Positions 19,698-30,680 of a DNA stretch of 64,000 nucleotides are shown here, in pieces. Each line of letters starts with the position of its first letter. Position 1 is the first letter of the stretch. The DNA is taken from assembly GCA_963666835.2 (NCBI GenBank), contig CAXXGO010000006.1, forward strand, positions 1,824,001 through 1,888,000, written 5' to 3'. Under the pieces are notes generated by a model. It made no database searches and was not told the origin of the DNA. It saw nothing but the letters and a program-made list of their open reading frames with translations. Made by a program: the position numbers and the translations under genes. Source of the stretch: Phycisphaerae bacterium. GTDB lineage: Bacteria; Planctomycetota; Phycisphaerae; UBA1845.

Positions 19698-21234
19698 CAA
19701 TAATGTCCGGAACCCGTTGATTTCACGGCGGATCCGGGCTCGCTGGCGTGAGCCGCGAGCTGAGGCGGTGCGCGGGCGGCGCAGGCCCCGTGGAGCGACG
19801 GGCGCAAGCTGCCTTACTCGGCGCATACCGATAGCCGCGCTGGTCGGGCTGCGGACCGGCGCGGAACGCTACTTCCTGTTTTTTTCGCGTTGCCGTTCGG
19901 CGGCGCGGCGGCGTTCACGACGCCGTCGCTCAGCAATCTCGAACGATCCTTGCCGCGGCATTAACCCGGAAACTACGGCTGAGACAATCACAAAGTCGTA
20001 TTTCGATGGCCGCGAGCCAGTCTCGACCGCGATCAGCAGCAACGCCACCATCATCACGTAGACCTGCACGGTCATCCCGGATTCGTCTTCCGAGAAGAAA
20101 TGCTGGAAACTCGCAGAACTCTTCAGCCATCGGAAGAACAGCTCTACTTGCCACCGGTGCTGGTAGATCAGCGCGATCATCCAGGCCGGGATGTCCAACA
20201 AGTCCGTAAGCAAACGCATCCGCTTCTGTTTACCTTCGCGGTCGGTGAACTCGACCACTACCTCACGTAAACGCGGTAAGTCGTGCGCCTCGGGATCAAC
20301 GCCCAAGGTAACCTCGGTGTCGATCGCAACACCTGCGGCCACATCCTCATCGCTGAGCGGTTTGACCCTTACGGAATTGGTATGCACGTTCTTACGCAAA
20401 CGCACGACGAAGGAACTCTTGACCTTAATGATTTCCTCGAGGAGGCCATACGATTGAAAACCGCGGTCCATGACGTACAGGCAATCGGGCTCAAGATGCG
20501 TTCCGAGCACCTTGGCTTCACGCATCTGTCCATCCGTGACCGTGCAACATTCGGGAACGCCCTTGAGGACATCGAAATCGACGTGCACGCGGATCTGGCC
20601 CTTACGGACCCCCTTCTTCTCGGATTGGTTGTACAACGCCCAGGCGATTCGCGGAGCCACCGCGAAGAAGGTGCCGTCGACGGCCAGGAGCTTCTGTGTC
20701 AGGCTATCCAGGCGGTTGTCATGTGGTTGGATGTCGGCACGCTCCACAAGCGAGTCGATCAACGGCAGCAGTAGGGCCGGGTCGAAGATCTTCTGGGCGT
20801 CGGAGACTGTGCTCTTGGGCATCCGAGGGATTCCATACCGCTTTCGAATCCGAGGATGTTCGAAGAGATCCTCGATGCTGCGCAGGCCTGTAACCGACGG
20901 GTTGAAGAAGGCCAACAGGTGAGCCACCACCAGTTGATCGTAGAACACGTCCCGGTTGGCGTGGGCCGGCTGGTCATGGAGGTGTTCGAGGTAGTCTTCG
21001 ATCAGTCGTGTGTAGCGGATTCCGATCAAATCGGGCGGCAACTTGGCCCGGCGCGCACGCCTTTTGCGCTTCTCCTCTGCTTTCTGGGCTTTCTTTCGCC
21101 TGCGCGTCATCGTGCCCAGAGTAGAGCACAAAGTGAGGCTGGGCGCAAGTTTGGTTTATGTTAGGTTGGCTGCACGCCTTCTGAGGGCCCGCGCCCACCG
21201 CCCCGAACTCCCCCGAGAATCCCGGACACTATTG
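19698..21234 (-). mobile_element. IS4-family insertion sequence (~1.54 kb)
   Basis: Terminal IRs CAATAATGTCCGG (19698-19710) and CCGGACACTATTG (21222-21234), 12/13 match; flanked by imperfect 9-bp repeats gcttcctgc / gcatcttgc. Confidence 0.9.
19869..21110 (-). CDS. IS4-family DDE transposase
   Basis: AVDGT, VMDRGF, IYQHRWQVELFFRWLK (YREK signature). Confidence 0.95.
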   Translation of the reverse strand: MTRRRKKAQKAEEKRKRRARRAKLPPDLIGIRYTRLIEDYLEHLHDQPAHANRDVFYDQLVVAHLLAFFNPSVTGLRSIEDLFEHPRIRKRYGIPRMPKSTVSDAQKIFDPALLLPLIDSLVERADIQPHDNRLDSLTQKLLAVDGTFFAVAPRIAWALYNQSEKKGVRKGQIRVHVDFDVLKGVPECCTVTDGQMREAKVLGTHLEPDCLYVMDRGFQSYGLLEEIIKVKSSFVVRLRKNVHTNSVRVKPLSDEDVAAGVAIDTEVTLGVDPEAHDLPRLREVVVEFTDREGKQKRMRLLTDLLDIPAWMIALIYQHRWQVELFFRWLKSSASFQHFFSEDESGMTVQVYVMMVALLLIAVETGSRPSKYDFVIVSAVVSGLMPRQGSFEIAERRRRERRRAAERQREKNRK

Positions 21235-21471
21235 GCATCTTGCCTGCAGTATGACGCACACGCAGAACGACGCTTACGTGCCTTCGGAACGGATTGCCGT
21301 GTGGTTGCCTGATGATATTAGGTCTTCGCGCGATATGCGTTGTCGCGGCAGGTCTCGTTCCTCGACCGTGCCCTACGGGTGGCACCTCGCATCGTCGCAG
21401 GTCTTCTGCCTCGATGCTGATCTACGGGGCTGATACGCCCGGGGGGCGTTCGTGACCCTTGTGGGATTGCT

Positions 21472-22719
21472 CTAACGCCGCCTCATTGGTTGGGCTTGTC
21501 CGTACGTCAGGGTCCGCCAGAGCCACTCGAACGGGCCGAACCGGTAGTAACGAAGCCACACCGCTGACACCACAATTAACGTCACCCAGATAGCTATGGT
21601 GATCCCGGCTTGCCCGGTTCGCTCCACTTTGCCGAACAGGCCGAATCCGTGGCCGTAGAAAAGCGTGGTGCAGATGATAGTCTGCAGCAGGTAGTTGGTT
21701 AGTGCCATCCGCCCGACGGATGCCAGCGGCTTGGTTATGGCGGTTATAGCACCCGTTCGGCAAACGAGCATGACGGTGCCGACCCATCCCAGGCTGACCA
21801 GGAGACTTCCCCAGTAGTTGTATTGCGAGCCCCGGAACAACGAATATTGCATGTCCCACCCGGCCGCGAAGTTGCTTTGAACCCCGAGCAGGATGATCGG
21901 AATACCCGCGCCGAGGCCCACGGCGATCATCACGAGGTACTCTGCGGTGGAGCGCCGGGCACTGAATACGCCGAGCTTGAACAGCCCCATGCCGATCAGC
22001 ATGAGCCCCCCGGCCCGCCAGAACACGTGAAGGGCAAGCATAAAAGTCTGGACCGCAATCGAGGTTAACGCCCGATGGGGCATCTGGTGCAGCCAACCGC
22101 CGCGATAGGTGTCCAGTTGCACGGCGATGGTCTCGGCGCTGGGAGCCCAACTGTCGACGAACCCCTCGATGGCTTTCTCGGGCCAGTAGGGTATCGACAA
22201 TCCGAGCAGAGTCCAGATTCCAGCGCCGACGGCGACGGTTAGAAGCCCCACGGTTATCAACGAACGAGCTCGCCAGTGCCGCGCCAGGTAGATGAGAAAA
22301 CCGCTCATGGCATAAGCGAAGAGGATGTCCCCGTACCACAGAAGATATGCATGGAGTAGGCCGAACCCCAGCAGGATGGCCATGCGGCGGTAATGGACCC
22401 CGGCCGTGTATTGCCCGGAGGCTTCGCGTCTCGAAGTCATCAGCACGATGCCGGCTCCGAAGAGCATGCTGAAGATGGTCATGAACTTCTGATCGGCGAC
22501 GACGTGCCCGACTACCCACACGACGTAGTTGGCCCCGTTGAGATCGCCGTAGGCGGTAGGGTTCATATACGCCGCGTCGATCATCGAGAACGACTGGATG
22601 TTCATAATCAGGATGCCGAGGATGGCGAAGCCGCGAAGCACGTCAATCGAGGCGATCCGCTCTTGCTCGGTGACCGGACCAGTGTTCGACGGTAACAGAT
22701 CGGTGCTGCTCAAGAGCAT
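21472..22719 (-). CDS. DUF418 (YeiB-like) membrane protein
   Basis: RIASIDVLRGFAILGIL, KFMTIFSMLFGAG, GRMALTNYLLQT, GPFEWLWR. Confidence 0.93.
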   Translation of the reverse strand: MLLSSTDLLPSNTGPVTEQERIASIDVLRGFAILGILIMNIQSFSMIDAAYMNPTAYGDLNGANYVVWVVGHVVADQKFMTIFSMLFGAGIVLMTSRREASGQYTAGVHYRRMAILLGFGLLHAYLLWYGDILFAYAMSGFLIYLARHWRARSLITVGLLTVAVGAGIWTLLGLSIPYWPEKAIEGFVDSWAPSAETIAVQLDTYRGGWLHQMPHRALTSIAVQTFMLALHVFWRAGGLMLIGMGLFKLGVFSARRSTAEYLVMIAVGLGAGIPIILLGVQSNFAAGWDMQYSLFRGSQYNYWGSLLVSLGWVGTVMLVCRTGAITAITKPLASVGRMALTNYLLQTIICTTLFYGHGFGLFGKVERTGQAGITIAIWVTLIVVSAVWLRYYRFGPFEWLWRTLTYGQAQPMRRR

Positions 22720-22915
22720 GCTCCAGTACTTCGGTGCTTGGTGTTAGTCGTGCCGCACGACAATTGTACGGGCCGATCAGCAACAAGGCGACAAGTTGTT
22801 CAGGTAAGGAACAGTCCGATGTTGTGTGGCGGTGGTCAGCAACCCGGTGTCGCCCGTCGGACCAGATCCGGGATGTAGGTATGTTCTCGCCCGACGTGCG
22901 TTATCGCGCAGGTCT

Positions 22916-23188
22916 CGTAGCGCAGGCATCTTGCCTGCAGAATGATGCGTAACATACTGTATTGCGGCAGGTCTCGTACCTCGACCTGCCCTACGGGGTT
23001 TCGCGGCGGCTTCGTAGCGCAGGCATCTTGCCTGCAGTGTGATGCGCAACGCGCGGTATTGCGGCAGGTCTCGTACCTCGACCTGCCCTACGGGGTTTCG
23101 CGGCGGCTTCGTAGCGCAGGCATCTTGCCTGCAGTGTGATGCGCAACGCTCGGTATTGCGGCAGGTCTCGTACCTCGACCTGCCCTAC
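22916..23188. repeat. BIME-like tandem array: about 3 x 97 bp units, each with two different, oppositely oriented GTAG REPs
   Basis: cgtagcgcaggcatcttgcctgcag at 22916, 23013 and 23110, each followed by ggcaggtctcgtacctcgacctgccctac. Confidence 0.92.
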
Positions 23189-23249
23189 AAGAGTGGTTTT
23201 CAGACCGTGCGCCGATGTTCTTCAACACGATGCTGGAGCGATCGGGGCG

Positions 23250-24143
23250 TCATTCTCCGGCAAGAGACAGCAGAGCCCGGATGATCCCGAGGCACTCGCC
23301 TTTCTTCTTGACGGACAATACCGGCACGGGGCTGTGCCGTATGAGCCGTTCGGTGACTTTGCCCAACAACACTCCGGCCGTCCCGGTGCGCCCGCGAGCC
23401 CCGATTACAACCAGGTCAGTCGCGTCGGCGGTTACCTCGTCCAGAATGACGGGTGCGGGCTTACCGTGAAGGTCGGGCACGCACTTGCATTGAACGGTTG
23501 TAGTGTTGGCGTCCACTCTTCCGAGAAGGTCGTCGCACTCGCGCTGGGCGGCGGTGTCGAGCAGGGCTTCGTGTTCTTCAAGTGAGGTGCCGACGCGCGA
23601 GTACCCCGGATGGACTTGGAATACGTTCAGTGCGGTGACGGACGCTTTTGCCGCCGCCGAGATGGCGCACGCCACGTCGAGAGCGTTCGCCGAACACTCC
23701 GAGTCGCGGACCGGCACCAGGATTCTGTTGATCTTCACCGGGGCGTTTTCTGGAAGGACCAACACGGAGCAGGTGGCCTTACGCGTGACGCGACGCGGCA
23801 GCAGTGCTTCCTCGTCAGTCTCCGTTCGATCGCCGTAGTGGCGTCCGATGACGATAAGATCGATATTGCGATCATGTGCATAGCGCAGGTTCTCGAGAAG
23901 CGGCGTGCCACGGACCACAGTGCAGGAACTGGCCCACGTTCCGGACTCGGTAAGGTGAGCGGCCGCGAACGCGTCGAGGTTCCCCTGGGTGATGTCAGTT
24001 TCAGGGGGGTGATTCTCCGCAACGTGCAGGAGGTGGATCTCCCGCGCTCCGGCCAGTCGGGCGATGTTCTGGACGTAGTCCAGCATGTGAGAATCGCGTT
24101 GGAGATTGTCGATGCAAACCAGGATGCGTTCGAACCGTTTCAT
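23250..24143 (-). CDS. Universal stress protein (tandem Usp domains)
   Basis: FERILVCID...DLIVIG...RKATCSVLV; RILVPV...DLVVIGARGR...LLGKVTERLIRHSPVPVL. Confidence 0.93.
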   Translation of the reverse strand: MKRFERILVCIDNLQRDSHMLDYVQNIARLAGAREIHLLHVAENHPPETDITQGNLDAFAAAHLTESGTWASSCTVVRGTPLLENLRYAHDRNIDLIVIGRHYGDRTETDEEALLPRRVTRKATCSVLVLPENAPVKINRILVPVRDSECSANALDVACAISAAAKASVTALNVFQVHPGYSRVGTSLEEHEALLDTAAQRECDDLLGRVDANTTTVQCKCVPDLHGKPAPVILDEVTADATDLVVIGARGRTGTAGVLLGKVTERLIRHSPVPVLSVKKKGECLGIIRALLSLAGE

Positions 24144-24797
24144 GATGAGGTGTCCTTCTCTAGCGATTGCGAGCCGACCCAGACGGAAAGGTCGAGGGCC
24201 GATCTTAGCCTCAGGACCGGGGAGGCTGCAACGTACGCTGCTCCGCAACGAAGACGCATCCCCAAGGATGTAGCGGAAAGTTGTGGGTCTGACATTGACT
24301 AGCGCATCGCGACTAGCAGCGGTCCGAGTCTGATCCACGCCGTGTGCCGTAACGCGAGGTTTGCCCTTACCCGGACCGTTACGCTGTAACGAGGGATCGC
24401 GGCTACCGGGATCTCCATTGGCCGAGGCGGCGGTCGTCCGCATGCTGGTTCGAACGGGTGATACTCCGCAACCAGAGTCTCATGACGCGGCTGCGGCTCC
24501 GCATATCGATAGGGTTACGGTTTTCGATTGGGGTGGGGGCGGTGTGCAGTGTGGGTGTACTTTCGCTTTCTGGACAGGGCTGGAGTCTCGGGTAGGCTGG
24601 ACGACCGCGTCATTTGCGCAGAATTCTGCGGGTCGCTGTTGCGGGATTCCGGCGATGGGCGCGGGGGTCAGTGGAGTTTGGGGTATTACCGCGGTGAGTG
24701 GGCCGCGAGGCCGGCTCGTGGTTCGCGGGGTCGCCCGTTGGGGCTACGGAGCGCGGGGGAGAGCCCATCCCGCCGCCTGTTCGGGCGGGAGTTCTGC

Positions 24798-24826
24798 TTG
24801 ACTTGGGGACGTCGTCCCAGCATACT
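24798..24826 (+). promoter_or_regulatory. Sigma70-type promoter of the cold-shock gene
   Basis: TTGACT-17 nt-CATACT about 95 nt before the csp ATG. Confidence 0.6.
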
Positions 24827-24919
24827 GCGCGGGTGCATCGCGTCGATCGGGCTCGCGTTGTACGGAAACAGCGTTTGTTTCAGCGGGTCTGTCCGGTGTG
24901 CGAGTATAAGGTTGTGGCC

Positions 24920-25123
24920 ATGCAGGGTACCGTCAAGTGGTTCAATGACACCAAGGGTTTCGGGTTCATTACTCCCTCAGATGGAGGCGCTGACGTTTTC
25001 GTTCACTATAGCGACATCGACGGCGAAGGACGCAAGACGCTTCGCGAGGGCGACCGCGTCGAGTTCGAAACTACTCAGGGTGAGCGAGGGCCCAAGGCAA
25101 CCACAGTCCGGACAATCGAATAG
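24920..25123 (+). CDS. Cold-shock protein (CspA family)
   Basis: [17 protein letters not shown]...DVFVHYS...GPKA. Confidence 0.97.
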   Translation: MQGTVKWFNDTKGFGFITPSDGGADVFVHYSDIDGEGRKTLREGDRVEFETTQGERGPKATTVRTIE

Positions 25124-25159
25124 CCGGTATTAGGATTAACCACCCCCGGCGGGCCGCGG

Positions 25160-27487
25160 CTATGCCGGGCGGTGTGTTTTGGATCCGGGCGTACGTTCTA
25201 TAGTTACCGGTCCACGATGGGCCGGAGGGTCTCCGTACGTCTCGGCAAAAACACCAGCGGCCTGTTCCTGTCCTACTCTTGCGGGATCGTCGGGATCCGA
25301 CCCTATTACGAGTTCGCTGGCGCCCTTTTGTTCGCGGGTATTGCGCTGAAGCCACAGGGTCTGCGTCGGGAAGGCGAATTCCACGCCGAGTTTGCGGGCG
25401 AGGCGCAGGATGTCCAGGAACAGCATGTGTCGTTCGCGCAGCTCAGTACTCCAATCGGGCGCCTCGAAGAAGATATAGAGCAGGATGTCCAGCGACGAGG
25501 CCGCGAACTTGTTGAAGTAGACGTGGTAGTAGTCTTTGCGGGTGTATGGGTGGAGGCGGACCAGTTCGCGGATGCCTTCGCAGAAGGCGTCGATCTTCTC
25601 CGGCGGGGTCGAATAAGTGACCGAGAGCATTATCTTGGCCCGGCGGTACTGGCGGGCTCCGAAGTTGTCGATCGTGGCACTCATCAAGCCCGAGTTAGGT
25701 ACGACGACCTGAGAGTTGTAGAAGGTCCGCACGCGCGTGCTGCGGAAGCCGACGGATTCGATCGTGCCCTCTATGTCTCCGATCAACACCCAATCCCCAA
25801 CCTTGAAGGGCCGATCTATGATCACCGTGAGTGAGCCGAAGAGATTCTTCAACGTGTCCTGGGCGGCGAGAGCCAGGGCCAAGCCTCCCAATCCCAGCCC
25901 GGCCAGAAGCTGAAACGGCGGCTCCTCCGTGAACTGCTGAACGACAAACAGCACGCCGAGAACCGTCACCAGGATTTTGGCGGACTTGCGCGCGAACGGT
26001 ACCAGCAGATCGTCCACGGTGGTGCGGGTGGTTTCGGCCAGCGATTTGAAGTAGTCGGCCAGCAGGTCCACTGCTCGATAGACCGTCCAGACCACCGCCC
26101 AGCAGGCGACGAACTTCACCGCGTACATAAGGACGGCCAGTACCTGCGGGGGGAGGGTCAGTTGCTGCAATCCCCAATAGCAGATGCCGGTTTGGACGAG
26201 AATTCCGACCGGCCTGAAGGACTTCACTTGGACCTGTTGATCGACGGACGCGCTCTTGTGTTTGAGCCAAAGGCGGGTGACGCCGTGCATGATCGTAGTG
26301 ACCAGCCAATGCGCCGCGGTGCCCAGTAACGCCAGGACAACCAGCCCCAGCCACTGCCAGTGGGCCAATAGGAACCAGGTGTTGCGCAGCCCGTCGGGGA
26401 TGTGTTTTCGCATTCGCATCGAAAACGAGCGGGGGGCGGCTGCTCCGGGGTCGGTTTCTTGGACATCTTCGCCGGCCGCGCGGCGCGCCGCTATCTTCTG
26501 CTCAGCCTGTGCCTCCAGCGTGTCATAAAGATCTGCGATTCCCTTGACGGTCGTCTTCGTGAAGAGCCAGCAACCCTGGCGATCGCCTTGATTCTGGCGA
26601 GCGATGACAATAACTCCGGCATCATCCTGTCGGAAAATATAGGGCTTGCCGTCGGGAGTATCGGGAATCAACGGGAGGGCCACGTCTTTGGTCCGGACGA
26701 TGGATCCCTGCAGGAATCCGACCAAATCCCTGCCGGTTTCGCCCCGACTTACCACGGGGATCTCGGATAGGTCCAGGCACTTGGCCGCATCGTCGGGCCG
26801 ATCGCTCTTCATCGCATCCAGAAAGCTGCGCATCGTTGCGCGGGCTGAGCGATACTCTGCGGGCACTTCGGAAACGGCTGCTGCAGTGGTCGAGGCCGGC
26901 GTTGACTTGACCGGAGCCGGCTTCTCGATGACCGGCTTAGCTGCGGGTGGAGCCTCTCGCGACGCAACCTCGATCGCTTCCAGGGATTGCCGCGTGAAAC
27001 GCCAGATGTCGTCCTCTTGCGGCTCGATCCGGACTATGGGGTCCGTCTCATGGAAGATGTATGGTTGCCCCTGCGGATCGTCGGGGATCAGTTCCAACTC
27101 TACGGCGTGAGCTACGATGAACTCCTTGAGTATAGAAGCAAGCTTGCGGCCTTGCAGTGCTCGACCGTCTTCCGGGAGTTCTTCCAGTCCGGTCAGGTCC
27201 ATGCACGCCAGCGCGTCGGCGTAGCGTTCGACCTGACCGCGTTCCGCCTCGTCTACCGCGCTGAGGAACGTCGCCATCGTGGCCCGCGGACTGCTCCGAT
27301 CCAGCGACTCGGCCGCTGCCTGAGGAGGTTGACCGGTATCGGTAGGTTGAGTTCCTTCTGTTTGTCCCGGGGCCGGATTCGCGTCAGCCGGACGGACGGG
27401 CACTTGGGCGAGCGTGTTCAGTGGGATTGCGGCGAATCCCGCCATCCATACAGAGAATCCGATCAATAGTCGCGGTTTTTTGTTCAT
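25160..27487 (-). CDS. MscS-family mechanosensitive channel with large duplicated periplasmic domain
   Basis: GLGLGGLALALAAQDTLKNLFG, DRPFKVGDW, GFRSTRVRT, EFAFPTQT; two S(P/A)RATM..FL repeats. Confidence 0.93.
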   Translation of the reverse strand: MNKKPRLLIGFSVWMAGFAAIPLNTLAQVPVRPADANPAPGQTEGTQPTDTGQPPQAAAESLDRSSPRATMATFLSAVDEAERGQVERYADALACMDLTGLEELPEDGRALQGRKLASILKEFIVAHAVELELIPDDPQGQPYIFHETDPIVRIEPQEDDIWRFTRQSLEAIEVASREAPPAAKPVIEKPAPVKSTPASTTAAAVSEVPAEYRSARATMRSFLDAMKSDRPDDAAKCLDLSEIPVVSRGETGRDLVGFLQGSIVRTKDVALPLIPDTPDGKPYIFRQDDAGVIVIARQNQGDRQGCWLFTKTTVKGIADLYDTLEAQAEQKIAARRAAGEDVQETDPGAAAPRSFSMRMRKHIPDGLRNTWFLLAHWQWLGLVVLALLGTAAHWLVTTIMHGVTRLWLKHKSASVDQQVQVKSFRPVGILVQTGICYWGLQQLTLPPQVLAVLMYAVKFVACWAVVWTVYRAVDLLADYFKSLAETTRTTVDDLLVPFARKSAKILVTVLGVLFVVQQFTEEPPFQLLAGLGLGGLALALAAQDTLKNLFGSLTVIIDRPFKVGDWVLIGDIEGTIESVGFRSTRVRTFYNSQVVVPNSGLMSATIDNFGARQYRRAKIMLSVTYSTPPEKIDAFCEGIRELVRLHPYTRKDYYHVYFNKFAASSLDILLYIFFEAPDWSTELRERHMLFLDILRLARKLGVEFAFPTQTLWLQRNTREQKGASELVIGSDPDDPARVGQEQAAGVFAETYGDPPAHRGPVTIERTPGSKTHRPA

Positions 27488-27547
27488 GGCACGCGGATGT
27501 TACACCATCCGGTGCGGACGATCCACGGATCGACCATTGCATAGAAA

Positions 27548-27574
27548 ACGGGGCTCGCCGTAGCGGAGCCCCGT
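27548..27574 (-). terminator. Intrinsic terminator after clpC
   Basis: Minus strand ACGGGGCTC-loop-GAGCCCCGT followed by a T run. Confidence 0.7.
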
Positions 27575-27604
27575 CTCTTATCCTCAGTTGCGGCGCCGTC
27601 GCCG

Positions 27605-30133
27605 TCAGGTCTCGTCGGTGTTGCCGGCGCCGACCGGTTCCGGTTCTTTGTCGTTCCCGACAGTCACACCTTCGAGCAGCAGTCCGAGTTCCTGTTCCTC
27701 GCCCTCCGTCTCCGGCTTGGCCGAGGCGATGACCTTGTTGTTGCCGGCGAACTCTCCGCGGAGCATTGCCTCGGACAAGGCGTCTTCGAGGAACTGCTCG
27801 ATAGCACGACGAAGCGGCCGGGCTCCGAATTTCTCGTCCGTGCCGTGCTCGATCAGGAAATTCTTGGCGTCCGGGCGGACATCCAGTTCCATGCCCTGGT
27901 CTTTCAGACGCTTGGCCAGCTTAGCGAGTTCGAGATCGATGATATCGATCATATCCTCGTGGGTGAGCTTCCGGAACACGATGATCTCGTCCAGTCGGTT
28001 GAGGAACTCCGGACGGAAGTAATCCTCGAGCTCGTTTTTGAGGGTGTCCTTCATCTTGCCGTAGGTGACGTCCACATCGCGCTTCTGGAACCCGAACTCC
28101 TCCTGATGAGTGATACGGTGGGCCCCGATGTTGCTCGTCATGATGAGGATCACGTTCTTGAAATCAACGTGGCGGCCGAACGAATCGGTCAGGCGACCTT
28201 CTTCCATGATCTGCAGGAGCATGTTGAAGACGTCCGGGTGAGCCTTCTCGATTTCGTCGAGCAGGATGACGGTATAGGGTCGGCGGCGAATCCGCTCGGT
28301 TAGCTGTCCGCCTTCTTCATACCCTACGTATCCCGGAGGTGCTCCGATCAGCCGCGAGACGTTGTGCTTCTCCATGTATTCCGACATGTCGAGCACGAAA
28401 AGCGCTTCCGGATCGCCGAACATGAACTCCGCCAGGCACTTGGCGAGATAGGTTTTCCCTACACCCGATGGCCCCACGAAGACGAAGCTGCCCATTGGCC
28501 GGTTCGGGTCCTTCAGGCCGCTTCGGCTGCGCCGTACGGCGCGGGAGACTGCTTCGACGGCCTCGTTCTGGCTGACCACGCGCTTGTGCAGTTCGGCTTC
28601 GAGCTGGAGCAAACGCCCGGCCTCGTCGCTGCCCATACGGGTAAGCGGAATGCCGGTCATACTGCTGATGACCTCGGCAATGACCTCATCGTCGACCACG
28701 CCGTCGATTTCCTTGCTGCGCTCCCGCCACTCTTTCTGCATGGCTCGTTTCTTCAGCTTGATTGAGTCAATCTGGTCGCGAACCTGCGCCGCCCGCTCAT
28801 AGTCGGCGTTCTTGACGGCCTCGTCCTTCTCTGCGGCGAGCTGCTCCAGTTCATGTTCCAGATCAGTAAGATCCGGCGGCTTAGTCATGGACTTCAGCCG
28901 GACGCGGGCTCCCGCCTCATCCATAACATCGATCGACTTATCCGGCTGGACGCGCGGGATGTAGCGGTTGGACAGATCAACCGCTGATTCCAAGGCGATG
29001 TCGGTGATCTGGACCCGGTGATGGGCTTCGTACCGATCGCGCAGCCCCTTGAGGATCTCCATTGTCTCGTCCCGATTGGGGGGTTCGACAATGATCTGCT
29101 GGAAGCGGCGTTCGAGGGCGGTGTCTTTCTCGATGTACTTGCGATATTCGTCGAGGGTCGTCGCCCCGATGCACTGGATCTCACCGCGACTCAACGCGGG
29201 CTTGAGCACGTTGGAAGCGTCGATTGCACCCTCGGCCCCTCCGGCACCGACCAGAGTATGCAGCTCGTCGATGAACAAGATTACGTTACCCGCCCGGCGG
29301 ACCTCGTTCATCACCGCCTTGATGCGCTCTTCGAACTGGCCGCGGTACTTGGTTCCTGCCACCATCATCGCCAAATCCAGCACGACGATGCGATGATCGG
29401 CGAGCAGCTCCGGAATGTCATTCATGACAATCTTCTGGGCGAGCCCCTCGACGATAGCGGTCTTGCCCACGCCGGCTTCCCCGAGCAACACGGGGTTGTT
29501 CTTCTGTCTCCGGCAGAGAATCTGGATGATCCGCTCGATTTCGGGATGGCGGCCGATGACCGGGTCCAGTTTGCCCTGGCGAGCGTACTCGGTCAGATCA
29601 CGTCCGAACGAATCGAGAGCGGGGGTCTTGCTCTTGCCCTTCTTGGGCTCAACGCTGCCGCCCACGACGGGACCGCCGACTTCCTCGGTCTCATCCGACG
29701 CTCCGAGGAGGTTGAGAACCTCCTCGCGAACGTCCTCGAGACGGAGGTTGAGATTCATGAGCACTTGGGCGGCCACTCCGTCTTGCTCGCGCAAGAGTCC
29801 GAGCAGCAGGTGTTCCGTGCCGACGTAGTTGTGATTCAGGTTCCGGGCTTCCTCGATGGCGTACTCGATCACCTTCTTGGCCCGCGGGGTCTGCGGTAGC
29901 TTGCCCATGGTCACGGTCTCGGGTCCGCTCTTGACGAGCTTCTCAACCTCGAGCCGCACCTTGCGCAGGTCGACATCCAGGTTCTTCAGCACGTTTGCGC
30001 CGACCCCTGATCCTTCCTTGACCAGACCGAGGAGGATGTGCTCCGTACCAATATACTCGTGGTTAAAGCGCTGTGCCTCTTGATTGGCGAGCGCCATCAC
30101 CTTGCGTGCACGGTCCGTAAAACGCTCGAACAT
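27605..30133 (-). CDS. clpC: ATP-dependent Clp protease ATP-binding subunit ClpC
   Basis: [12 protein letters not shown], Clp-N repeats, [11 protein letters not shown]-like motif, [12 protein letters not shown] loop; AAGGAG RBS. Confidence 0.97.
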   Translation of the reverse strand: MFERFTDRARKVMALANQEAQRFNHEYIGTEHILLGLVKEGSGVGANVLKNLDVDLRKVRLEVEKLVKSGPETVTMGKLPQTPRAKKVIEYAIEEARNLNHNYVGTEHLLLGLLREQDGVAAQVLMNLNLRLEDVREEVLNLLGASDETEEVGGPVVGGSVEPKKGKSKTPALDSFGRDLTEYARQGKLDPVIGRHPEIERIIQILCRRQKNNPVLLGEAGVGKTAIVEGLAQKIVMNDIPELLADHRIVVLDLAMMVAGTKYRGQFEERIKAVMNEVRRAGNVILFIDELHTLVGAGGAEGAIDASNVLKPALSRGEIQCIGATTLDEYRKYIEKDTALERRFQQIIVEPPNRDETMEILKGLRDRYEAHHRVQITDIALESAVDLSNRYIPRVQPDKSIDVMDEAGARVRLKSMTKPPDLTDLEHELEQLAAEKDEAVKNADYERAAQVRDQIDSIKLKKRAMQKEWRERSKEIDGVVDDEVIAEVISSMTGIPLTRMGSDEAGRLLQLEAELHKRVVSQNEAVEAVSRAVRRSRSGLKDPNRPMGSFVFVGPSGVGKTYLAKCLAEFMFGDPEALFVLDMSEYMEKHNVSRLIGAPPGYVGYEEGGQLTERIRRRPYTVILLDEIEKAHPDVFNMLLQIMEEGRLTDSFGRHVDFKNVILIMTSNIGAHRITHQEEFGFQKRDVDVTYGKMKDTLKNELEDYFRPEFLNRLDEIIVFRKLTHEDMIDIIDLELAKLAKRLKDQGMELDVRPDAKNFLIEHGTDEKFGARPLRRAIEQFLEDALSEAMLRGEFAGNNKVIASAKPETEGEEQELGLLLEGVTVGNDKEPEPVGAGNTDET

Positions 30134-30680
30134 CTCTGCGCCTCTCCTTGGTATCAGCGCCGACTGAATCCGCCCCAACGGAGGAGGAACCATGTCGGAA
30201 TCGCAGTCTCTCTCGGCAGCAGCCTATTGCCATACCGACAGACTATCGCAGGCAGATCGGCGACCGTAACGGCAGCCCCGGACGTGCTGCTCCAGGGTTT
30301 AGTCCACCCGCCGGCTCTCCATGCAAGCCTGTTGTTCACTTGAAGCAGCGCGGCGGATTCTATCACTGCCCCTTGTCTTGCTCAACTTACGGTGCGCCTC
30401 TCGTCGACCGCTGCTATGGATGTATCGACATCCTGCCGCCATCTAATGAAAGCCCGTCGGCTGGTTCCGGCCGTCTCTGCTTATCCGCTCTCAGCAAGAA
30501 GTACCCGGACGCTGCCCGTGCAATCTGTGTTCTCCTTCCGCCGAGAGTGGTATTTGTGGGCCTAACCGGTAGACTTCCCGGTAAGGAGCCTGCGGGCTGC
30601 CGAGACCTTCGGGAGGCTATCCGGACGTTCCTTGTGCGCAAACATTGCCGAACAGACCGCGAATCCCCGGTAGAGGCATT

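Noticed and set aside
22916..23188. CRISPR array
   Set aside because: The sequences between repeats are themselves repeated, the period is 97 bp, the repeats match dispersed REPs and there are no cas genes.
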